DNA of 64,000 nucleotides from Zoogloeaceae bacterium (GTDB lineage: Bacteria > Pseudomonadota > Gammaproteobacteria > Burkholderiales > Rhodocyclaceae): NCBI GenBank assembly GCA_024235595.1, contig JACKMC010000008.1:44482-108481 (forward strand), read 5' to 3'. Both the position numbers and the translations under genes were made by a program. Below are positions 55,203-64,000 of this stretch, one piece after another; the stretch's first letter is position 1, and each line of letters starts with the position of its first letter. The notes under the pieces are model-generated. The model was not told the origin of the DNA. It worked only from the letters and a program-made list of their open reading frames with translations, and ran no database searches.

Positions 55203-55278
55203 GCCCTTGTAGCTCAGTTGGTAGAGCAGCGCACTTGTAATGCGAAGGTCGGGGGTTCGACTCCTCTCGGGGGCACCA
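55203..55278 (+). tRNA. tRNA-Thr(UGU)
   Basis: 76-nt cloverleaf: acceptor GCCCTTG/CGGGGGC, D-arm GCTC/GAGC, anticodon loop CT-TGT-AA, TTCGA T-loop, encoded CCA; TATAAT at 55123. Confidence 0.96.
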
Positions 55279-55333
55279 ATTCATTTCCCTGAAACCCGGT
55301 GAATCTGCGGGTCTCGGTGGATGCGACGTCGAT

Positions 55334-55378
55334 CCGGTGGCGTTCTTCGTGGCAACGCTCCACGAAGAACGCCACCGG
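55334..55378. repeat. Perfect 19-bp inverted repeat with a 7-nt loop, downstream of the tRNA
   Basis: CCGGTGGCGTTCTTCGTGG-CAACGCT-CCACGAAGAACGCCACCGG. Confidence 0.85.
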
Positions 55379-55697
55379 CGGCGCCCGCTTTGCGGCCGTG
55401 TGCGACACCTGCCGCCACTCGCGAGCTTCCCCCTCCAGAGCGCGCTCTGCAATGATTTCCGGCTCCCCCTCGGTCGATTCGAATTTGCGGATGTTTGCAG
55501 ATCGCGGCCCAGTCGGCGCTTTCCTCCTGTGTGTCGACGCCGCCACCGCCTTCGGCCAGGCGAAAAATGCGCGGCCTGCCACGCAGGTGTCTCGTCATTG
55601 CGAGGGCGGGGATGGGCCGTGCGCCGCGCCGCAACCGGGACCAGGGATCCGCTCCGGGCTCTTGGGGGGAGCGCGTGCCCAGCGCGGTAGCGACGGC

Positions 55698-55727
55698 TTG
55701 ACTAAATGGTCTTGACGGTCTAATAAT
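55698..55727 (+). promoter_or_regulatory. Sigma70 promoter for a probably leaderless acuR, overlapped by operator-like sites
   Basis: TTGACT-N17-TAATAA(T), ATG about 7 nt downstream, no SD; TTGACTAAATGGTCTT resembles TAGACC-N4-GGTCTA. Confidence 0.6.
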
Positions 55728-55733
55728 CAGGTC

Positions 55734-56369
55734 ATGACAAGCACCGCCGCCCCGAGCCGCAGGCGTGGTCGTCCTCCGAAGAGCGACGGCGACTACCGCG
55801 CAACCAGAGAACTTCTTTGCCGTGCCGGCGTGGCTGCGCTGACCCAGAAAGGATTCTCGGCGACGGGGATCGACGAAATCCTGAAATCCACCGGTGTTCC
55901 GAAAGGTTCCTTCTACAACTTCTTTTCGAGCAAGGAAGCCTTTGGTGCAGAGTTGATCAGGCTTTACGCCCATTACTTCGCCCGCAAGCTCGACCGTTTC
56001 TTCCTGGATGAAAGCCTTACCCCGCTCAAGCGGCTCGAAGCCTTTTGTGAGGATGCAGAACTGGGCATGGCGCGCTACGAATTTCGCCGCGGCTGCCTGG
56101 TCGGAAACCTCGGCCAGGAGATGGAGGCGCTGCCCGAGGCATTCAGAGGAGCGCTGACCGCAGTGCTGGAAGATTGGCAGGTGCGCACCGCACGCTGCCT
56201 CGAGGCGGCCAGGCAGGCAGGCGAGATTTCCCCGGCGATCGACTGTGCGAAGTGGGCAACGTTTTTCTGGATCGGCTGGGAAGGTGCCGTGCTGCGAGCG
56301 AAACTCGAGCGCCGCAGCGAACCGCTGCGCTTGTTCGCCCAGCTTTTCGTGCTGAGCCTGAAATCGTAA
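55734..56369 (+). CDS. acuR: TetR-family acrylate utilisation regulator, AcuR-like
   Basis: RRRGRPPK, TGIDEILKSTGVPKGSFY, FRRGCLVGNLGQE, FWIGWEGAVLRAKLERRSEPL. Confidence 0.8.
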   Translation: MTSTAAPSRRRGRPPKSDGDYRATRELLCRAGVAALTQKGFSATGIDEILKSTGVPKGSFYNFFSSKEAFGAELIRLYAHYFARKLDRFFLDESLTPLKRLEAFCEDAELGMARYEFRRGCLVGNLGQEMEALPEAFRGALTAVLEDWQVRTARCLEAARQAGEISPAIDCAKWATFFWIGWEGAVLRAKLERRSEPLRLFAQLFVLSLKS

Positions 56370-56381
56370 ATTTTTTGTCTG

Positions 56382-56403
56382 AATTAAGACGATCGGTCTA
56401 ATT
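56382..56403. promoter_or_regulatory. AcuR/NemR-type operator palindrome just downstream of acuR
   Basis: AATTAAGACGATCGGTCTAATT versus the NemR box TAGACCnnnnGGTCTA. Confidence 0.6.
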
Positions 56404-56531
56404 GATTGATGCCTCGCTGCGAGGCCCGGCCCTGGGGTCGAATGGGTGGTGCCGCAGCGACATCGAGGCTTCTAAGTGACGGCAAGCCGGCAGGCCGGCG
56501 GCAATGATTGCACCAAGGAGGAGACTGCTGC

Positions 56532-56759
56532 ATGAACAAGGCCAAAGACGCATCCCTGAAGAATGTGCCGCGCGAAGCCCCTGCGGTCGTGGATTGTTCC
56601 CGCGTCCTGGCTGGTGTCGATAACGCGATGTGCCCACGCGCGGACCGTTCGGTCGCGTGGCCGCGCCTGGGCTCCGATCTGAAGATCTCGAAACCAGAAC
56701 GGATCCCCAACGAGCCTGGACTGGCGGAGGCAGTTCCGATGGTCACGCAATTGCTTTAG
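56532..56759 (+). other. 75-aa ORF with a strong RBS; small protein or gene remnant
   Basis: AAGGAGGAG upstream of ATG 56532; no recognisable motif. Confidence 0.25.
56740..56755 (+). promoter_or_regulatory. Candidate sigma54 promoter upstream of dddY
   Basis: TGGTCACGCAATTGCT: GG-N10-GC spacing with a perfect TTGCT. Confidence 0.45.
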
Positions 56760-56862
56760 GGCAGGGGGCGTGGCCGCCTCGTTGAGGAGGTGCACGCCTG
56801 ATGTCGCAAACGGCGGGGCCAAAAAAACACGGCCCCCCTTCAATGGAGTGAGGAGACAAGAA

Positions 56863-58068
56863 ATGATCAAACGCTATTCAGGATTGCTGTTGGGCTCGAT
56901 GCTCGCGAGCTCGCCAGTGCTGGCCGCCGAGTTCGTGTGCCAGGACGATGTCAAGGCCCACGTCTACAGTGCGGCGGAACAAGAGCTGGTCGACCGGTTC
57001 TGGGCGGAATCGCTCACCTACCTCGGCCAATATCTCAAGACGCTGGAGACCCCGACCGGACAGTGCAAGGACTCGGCCGAGGCGACCATTCAGACCTTCG
57101 ACTCCAGGACCGGTAAGCAGCAGACCCGCTGCATCATGAGATACCGCGACATGGAGCTGCTCGCCAAGCATCTCGGCGCGGTGCTGGCGGAGCCGGACAA
57201 GGCCAAGCGCTGCTTCGACCCGCAAAAGGACTACGACGCATTCACGCTGTACACCCCGAGTGCCAAGGTGCAGGAACTCTCGCCGGTGTCGAGCTGGCTC
57301 AAGCGCCCGCTCCTCACCGACTACTATCGCAAGATGGGTGGGGCGATCGGCGAGGCCGGCCTGGAGCTCAACGAGAACTTCGTCGCGGTGACCTCGCGGA
57401 CCGACACCACTGCGCACTGGAGCCGGGACATCAGCATCAAGGGCTTGCCGACGCTGTGGTCTTCGGTCGGCTGGATCCCCTTCTATGCGGAGAATCCGGC
57501 CGCCGGCAGCGAGCGCTTCCGCGGTGGCTATCTCTATGCTGAAGTGATGGGGCCGTGGGGCAACCTGCGCATCAAGGAGATCGACGGCGAGAAAGTGGGT
57601 GCGGAGATCGGCATGACGGTGCAGCTGTTCAATACCTCGTATCCGTTCCACTACCATCACCCGCAGGAAATCTACATGACGCTGACCAAGCCCCAATGTA
57701 TCGACCAGAACAAGTACATGGTGATGCACTGGGACAGCGACCAGTTCAGGCAGCAGCGTACCGACAAGGGCTGGACGGTGGAGATCGACGGCTCCGGGGA
57801 CAAGTGGAAGCAGTGGTTCGCCAACCAGGATTCGAACCAGGAGTGGCTGACCTATTTCGAGCGCAACGCGATCCATGCATTCCACGCCAAGGAAGGCTGC
57901 AACCAGACCATCGAGAATTCGGGCCTGGTGACCGTCTGGGCAAGATCGACCTCGCAGGACAACGAACAGTCGACCCGCCTGTGTCGTCCCGCCTCGGGAG
58001 CGATGGGGTCGCATGGCCTGCCGCCCGACGAAAGGGCGGTCTGCGAGCTGCGTGACTGGAAGCGCTGA
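56863..58068 (+). CDS. dddY: Periplasmic DMSP lyase DddY
   Basis: 401 aa with signal peptide; [65 protein letters not shown], cupin motif [12 protein letters not shown] and RNAIHAFH, matching the Alcaligenes DddY sequence as I recall it; AGGAG RBS. Confidence 0.9.
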   Translation: MIKRYSGLLLGSMLASSPVLAAEFVCQDDVKAHVYSAAEQELVDRFWAESLTYLGQYLKTLETPTGQCKDSAEATIQTFDSRTGKQQTRCIMRYRDMELLAKHLGAVLAEPDKAKRCFDPQKDYDAFTLYTPSAKVQELSPVSSWLKRPLLTDYYRKMGGAIGEAGLELNENFVAVTSRTDTTAHWSRDISIKGLPTLWSSVGWIPFYAENPAAGSERFRGGYLYAEVMGPWGNLRIKEIDGEKVGAEIGMTVQLFNTSYPFHYHHPQEIYMTLTKPQCIDQNKYMVMHWDSDQFRQQRTDKGWTVEIDGSGDKWKQWFANQDSNQEWLTYFERNAIHAFHAKEGCNQTIENSGLVTVWARSTSQDNEQSTRLCRPASGAMGSHGLPPDERAVCELRDWKR

Positions 58069-58221
58069 GCGTGGCGGGGCCGCCACTGGCTTGCCGCCGG
58101 CGGTGCGGTCGGGCACGATGGCCTGAGTGAGCCGGCGGGCGAAGCCCCCGCAGCGCGCAGTCGATGCGCGCTGCGCCTCGCCCCCAGGTTTGCCCGATCA
58201 TTGCCCAAGGAAGGTCCCCGA

Positions 58222-58674
58222 ATGGATGCCGATGCCGCACTCTCACACCATGTCCTGGCGCAACTCGCCGACGCCCTGATTTTCGCGGATTGCGAGGGCA
58301 GGATCCGGGTCTGGAACGGGGCCGCCGAGGCGCTGTTCGGCTTCCCGGCCTCCGCAGCGATCGGCCAGAGCCTCGACCTGATCATTCCGGAACGCTTGCG
58401 TGCGGCCCACTGGAATGGATTCAACCGCGCGGTGGCAGCCCGCCAGACGCGGCTCGCCGGCAAGGCGGTGATGACGCGCGCGACCACGGCGGCCGGGGCC
58501 GCGATCTATGTAGAGATGAGCTTCGCGCTCGTGTGTGATGCGCGTGGCGAGGTGCTCGGCTCGGTGGCCGTCGCGAGGGACGCGACCGAGCGCCGCGCCC
58601 GTGAGCGAGCGCTCCAGCAACGCATGTGTGCGATTGAGGCGCCAAGCGACCCCGGTGCACAAGGCACACCGTAG
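58222..58674 (+). CDS. Stand-alone PAS-domain protein
   Basis: DALIFADCEGRIRVWNGAAEALFG...GQSLDLIIPERLRAAHWNGF...SVAVARD. Confidence 0.88.
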   Translation: MDADAALSHHVLAQLADALIFADCEGRIRVWNGAAEALFGFPASAAIGQSLDLIIPERLRAAHWNGFNRAVAARQTRLAGKAVMTRATTAAGAAIYVEMSFALVCDARGEVLGSVAVARDATERRARERALQQRMCAIEAPSDPGAQGTP

Positions 58675-59029
58675 TCCGGCAAGGGCGGCGTGCCGCGAAC
58701 CGACGAGGCTGCCCCAGGCCCCGCAGGCTGCAGCACACAGGGCGAGCCGCCTTGCGCGAGGCCAAGCCAAAGTGGAAGTGGGAACGGCTTTCATACATCC
58801 CTCTGGGCGGGAGCCTGTCATCCGCGGGGGCGACAATGAGCGCCAATCGGGGCCTCGTGGCGATGAAGGTCAGTCGGTACTCGAGCCGGCATGTTGCTGA
58901 CGCGGCGATCATGCCCGCCGATACCTGGAGCACGACCCGCTCGCCGACGATCGCGATCGCCGAGCGTGGCGCATTACTCGCATCCGACTTGCTCCTTACA
59001 ATAGAGGGTTCATCAAGTGGAGTATCCCC

Positions 59030-59734
59030 ATGAGTCCAAACACGCCCGGCGCCGGAGCCGCCCCCCAGGTATTGCCTGCAGTCGAGATCGCCACCGCCGA
59101 CAAGGCGACCCACGCCATCATCTGGCTGCATGGCCTGGGTGCCGACGGACACGATTTCGAGCCGGTGGTCGAGGCGCTCGATCTCGATCGGCTGCCGCCG
59201 CTGCGCTTCGTGTTTCCGCACGCGCCGATGCGGCCGGTGACCATCAACGGCGGTTACGTGATGCGCGCCTGGTACGACATCCTGTCGGCCGACTTTGCCA
59301 GCCGGCGCGAGGATCCGGCCGGCGTGCATGAGTCGGCGGCGCTGCTCGAGGCGCTGATCGCGCGCGAGAATTCGCGCGGCATCCCCGATTCGAACATCGT
59401 GCTGGCGGGCTTCTCGCAGGGCGGCGCGATCGCGCTGCATACCGCGCTGCGCCATCCTCGCAAACTCGCCGGCGTGCTGGCGCTGTCCACCTATCTGCCG
59501 CTGGCCGACACGCTCGCCGCCGAGGCCGATGCGGCCAATCGCGAGACGCCGATCTTCATGGCGCACGGCCACGGCGACACGGTGATTCCCTACGACTTTG
59601 CCGAGCGCTCCTTCGCCCAGCTCAAGGCCGAGGGCTATGTCATCGAATGGCATCCCTACTTTGCCGAACACACCCTGGTAATGGAGGAGCTGCGCGATAT
59701 CGAGAAATGGCTGGGCGGGGTGCTGAGCGGCTGA
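59030..59734 (+). CDS. Carboxylesterase/phospholipase (EstB-like)
   Basis: WLHGLGADGHDF, MRAWYDI, GFSQGG, HGHGDTVIP. Confidence 0.92.
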   Translation: MSPNTPGAGAAPQVLPAVEIATADKATHAIIWLHGLGADGHDFEPVVEALDLDRLPPLRFVFPHAPMRPVTINGGYVMRAWYDILSADFASRREDPAGVHESAALLEALIARENSRGIPDSNIVLAGFSQGGAIALHTALRHPRKLAGVLALSTYLPLADTLAAEADAANRETPIFMAHGHGDTVIPYDFAERSFAQLKAEGYVIEWHPYFAEHTLVMEELRDIEKWLGGVLSG

Positions 59735-59833
59735 GAACGTGTCAATGAATCCGCCGCGCCGGTCATCCCGGGCCTGGGCCGCAGCCGACCTGCCGGCGCT
59801 CGCGACGATTTTCCGACAAGCTCTGGCGGCGCT

Positions 59834-60904
59834 TCAGTCGCTTGCCCGCGGCGGGCCGAGGCGCGCCGCGCGGGCCTGTTCGCGGAAGGCTCCGGGCGAG
59901 CTGCCGGTCCATTGCTTGAAGGCGCGGGCAAAGCTCTTTTCGTTCTTGAAGCCGACCGCCTCGGCGAGTTGCTTGAGGGGGCGGTCGCTGCGGTTGAGGA
60001 GCTCGATGGCGCGGTCGCGGCGGGCCTCGTCCTTGAGCTGCTGCAGCGAAGCGCCTTCTTCGAGCAACTGCCGGTGCAGGGTGCGCGGCGATACGTTCAG
60101 CCGGGCGGCCAGCCGCTCGGCGGTGGCGGCTTCGTCAGGGTGGGCGTGCAGCAACTGGCGCACCCGCTGCACCAGCAGCCGGTCGCGACGGTACTGCAGC
60201 ACGGTCAGCGGCAGCGCGCGCTGCAGCATGCCTTGCAGTGCGCGCTCGTCGCGCCTCAGGGGCAGCGCAAGGTAGCGCACATCGAAGCGGATCGCCGCAA
60301 GCTCGGCCTCGAAGCGCACTGGCCCGGAGAACATCAGCGGGTACACATCGCGGTGCGCAGGCGCTGCGAACGGAAAGCTCGCCTCCAGCAGCGGAATCCG
60401 TGAATCGACCACCCAGCAGCTATAGCCCATCGCCATGCGCAGGATCGACACCAGGCAGAATTCGTGAAATTCGCCGAGGGGACGATTGATGGTGATCCCG
60501 AGGCTCGCCTGTTGCCCGCCGATTTCCAGCGTGAGGATGATGTCATCGGTCAGCAGGCGGTGGTGGCGACACCAGCGCCTGAGCGCGACCTCAAGGTTCG
60601 GCGCGGTGATCGAGGCCCGGCAGAGCATGCCGTAGCTGCCCCACGGCAGCTTGCGCGAGAACCAGCCGAGCGCCTCGTCGTCGAGCGACTGCATGCTGAT
60701 TCCGGACATGATCTCCATCTGCGCGGCGGTGACGCGCGCCGCGGGATCGTCGAGCTGTGCCTGCGATATCCGTGCCGCGGCCAGCGCCGCGGCAGGATCC
60801 GACCCGTAGCGCCGGTGCGCGAGGACCATCGCGCGGATGAAGGCAATCGGCGTCGCGGCCGGGCCGATGGTCGGATCGGTGCTGTCATGGGGGCGTGGGT
60901 TCAT
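59834..60904 (-). CDS. AraC-family transcriptional regulator, divergent from liu
   Basis: C-terminal double [15 protein letters not shown]...[21 protein letters not shown]. Confidence 0.9.
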   Translation of the reverse strand: MNPRPHDSTDPTIGPAATPIAFIRAMVLAHRRYGSDPAAALAAARISQAQLDDPAARVTAAQMEIMSGISMQSLDDEALGWFSRKLPWGSYGMLCRASITAPNLEVALRRWCRHHRLLTDDIILTLEIGGQQASLGITINRPLGEFHEFCLVSILRMAMGYSCWVVDSRIPLLEASFPFAAPAHRDVYPLMFSGPVRFEAELAAIRFDVRYLALPLRRDERALQGMLQRALPLTVLQYRRDRLLVQRVRQLLHAHPDEAATAERLAARLNVSPRTLHRQLLEEGASLQQLKDEARRDRAIELLNRSDRPLKQLAEAVGFKNEKSFARAFKQWTGSSPGAFREQARAARLGPPRASD

Positions 60905-61064
60905 GGTCCGGGATCATAAAGTCGATGGCAGGATTTGCAACCATGTTGGCGCGCACGGTCGCGCAATCGCGGCTAACCTTCAGGATCGTCCGGAAAAGGG
61001 CATGGCGGCTTTTCAAGTGCCGGCCGGGCAGGCGCATCCACATCAGCAACCAGGAGACCGACCC

Positions 61065-62237
61065 ATGAACATTCCCAGCCTCGACTTCAACCTCGGCGAG
61101 ACCATCGAAATGCTGCGCGATACGGTGCAGTCCTTCGCCGCCGACGAGATCGCGCCGCGCGCCGCCGACATCGACCGTGACAACGAATTCCCGGCCGACC
61201 TGTGGAAGAAGCTCGGCGACCTGGGCCTGCACGGCATGACGGTGGAAGAGGAGTACGGTGGCACCGGCATGGGCTACCTGGCGCACATCATCGCCCTCGA
61301 AGAGGTCTCGCGCGCCTCGGCCTCGGTGGGGCTCTCCTACGGTGCCCACTCCAACCTGTGCGTGAACCAGATCCGCCGCAACGGTACCAAGGCCCAGAAA
61401 GAGAAATACCTGCCCAAGCTGGTCTCCGGCGATCACGTCGGCGCGCTGGCGATGTCCGAGCCCAACGCCGGCTCGGACGTGGTCTCGATGAAGCTGCGTG
61501 CCGACAGGCAAGGCGACCGCTACGTGCTCAACGGCGCCAAGATGTGGATCACCAACGGCGGCGACGCCGACACCCTGGTGGTGTACGCCAAGACCGACCT
61601 CGAGGCCGGTCCCAGGGGGATGACCGCCTTCATCATCGAAAAGGGCATGAAGGGCTTCAGTTGCGGCACCCACCTCGACAAGCTCGGCATGCGCGGCTCC
61701 AACACCTATCCGCTGTTCTTCGACGATGTCGAAGTGCCCGAAGAGAACGTGCTCGGACAGGTCGGTGGCGGCGTCAAGGTGCTGATGAGCGGCCTCGACT
61801 ACGAACGCGCCGTACTGTGCGGCGGGCCGCTCGGCATCATGGCGGCGTGCATGGATTCGGTGGTGCCCTATCTTCACGAGCGCAAGCAGTTCGGCCAGGC
61901 GATCGGCGAATTCCAGCTCATGCAGGGCAAGGTCGCCGACATGTACTCGACCTGGATGGCGACCCGCGCCTATGTCTATGCGCTCGGCCAGGCCTGCGAC
62001 CGCACCGACCACGCCCGCACCCTGCGCAAGGACGCCGCGGGGGCGATCCTCTACTCGGCCGAGAAGGCCACCTGGATGGCCGGCGAGGCGATCCAGACCC
62101 TGGGCGGCGTCGGCTACACCAACGAATACCCGGTCGGGCGGCTGTGGCGCGATGCCAAGCTGTACGAGATCGGCGCCGGCACCAGCGAGATCCGCCGCAT
62201 GCTGATCGGTCGCGAACTGTTCTCGGAGACCTGTTGA
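61065..62237 (+). CDS. liuA: Isovaleryl-CoA dehydrogenase
   Basis: [48 protein letters not shown]; AGGAG RBS. Confidence 0.95.
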   Translation: MNIPSLDFNLGETIEMLRDTVQSFAADEIAPRAADIDRDNEFPADLWKKLGDLGLHGMTVEEEYGGTGMGYLAHIIALEEVSRASASVGLSYGAHSNLCVNQIRRNGTKAQKEKYLPKLVSGDHVGALAMSEPNAGSDVVSMKLRADRQGDRYVLNGAKMWITNGGDADTLVVYAKTDLEAGPRGMTAFIIEKGMKGFSCGTHLDKLGMRGSNTYPLFFDDVEVPEENVLGQVGGGVKVLMSGLDYERAVLCGGPLGIMAACMDSVVPYLHERKQFGQAIGEFQLMQGKVADMYSTWMATRAYVYALGQACDRTDHARTLRKDAAGAILYSAEKATWMAGEAIQTLGGVGYTNEYPVGRLWRDAKLYEIGAGTSEIRRMLIGRELFSETC

Positions 62238-62238
62238 G

Positions 62239-63846
<1,608 letters not shown>

Positions 63847-63861
63847 GGGGAGAACAAGAAC

Positions 63862-63987
63862 ATGTTCGAAAAAATCCTTATCGCCAACCGCGGTGACCAG
63901 GCGCCCCGCGCCGCAGCGACGAAGTCAAATCGCGCCGCATGCGCAGCATGCCCAGGCGGTTTCACCGCAGGAGGCACCCATGTTTGA
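63862..63987 (+). other. 41-aa ORF that duplicates the biotin carboxylase N-terminus
   Basis: MFEKILIANRGDQAPRAAATKSNRAACAACPGGFTAGGTHV*; own RBS GGGGAG; stop overlaps the next ATG (ATGTTTGA). Confidence 0.7.
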
Positions 63988-64000
63988 AAAGATCCTTATC
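63980..64000 (+). CDS. liuD: Probable start of the 3-methylcrotonyl-CoA carboxylase alpha (biotin carboxylase) subunit, truncated by the window
   Basis: AGGAGG RBS followed by MFEKILI; lies downstream of liuB; only 7 codons visible. Confidence 0.6.

Noticed and set aside
58824-58840. Possible attR copy of the tRNA-Thr 3' end (CGGGGGCGACAAT versus CGGGGGCACCAAT)
   Set aside because: Only an 11/13 match in GC-rich DNA and no integrase; compatible with chance, although it does sit near the right end of the islet
58675-59029. Coding-like minus-strand stretch between the PAS and esterase genes
   Set aside because: No start or RBS and no recognisable family; cannot be supported without a search

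Overview
GC-rich betaproteobacterial chromosome segment, most likely Rhodocyclaceae (Thauera/Azoarcus-like; inferred from gene content and order). From left to right: parC and parE separated by three small genes; kynB; an HD hydrolase; two PEP-CTERM genes (TIGR03118-like and PhoX/DUF839-like); a DUF4399 gene; a Liv-type ABC importer with an arylformamidase-like hydrolase; a hemerythrin; an ABC-2 exporter with an eroded TetR; pgi; a bilobed retropepsin-like protease; flgNMA/flgB-L; an NhaP-type antiporter; recQ; a REP/BIME-like repeat; FKBP; ycgR through fliC; a kinase/regulator/GGDEF/HAD cluster; tRNA-Thr(UGU) followed by acuR, a DddY-type DMSP lyase and a PAS gene; an esterase; an AraC regulator; and the start of the liu operon. 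The most notable items are: (1) a tRNA-adjacent acuR-dddY module without acuI; (2) a duplicated biotin carboxylase 5' end that forms a 41-aa overlapping leader ORF at the right edge; (3) a candidate structured RNA leader with its own promoter and operator; (4) sigma54 boxes with CGGCAA repeats at flgB and flgK; (5) an inverted heptamer-repeat hairpin inside the flg operon. All assignments come from reading motifs by eye and from recalled family knowledge; no database searches were run.
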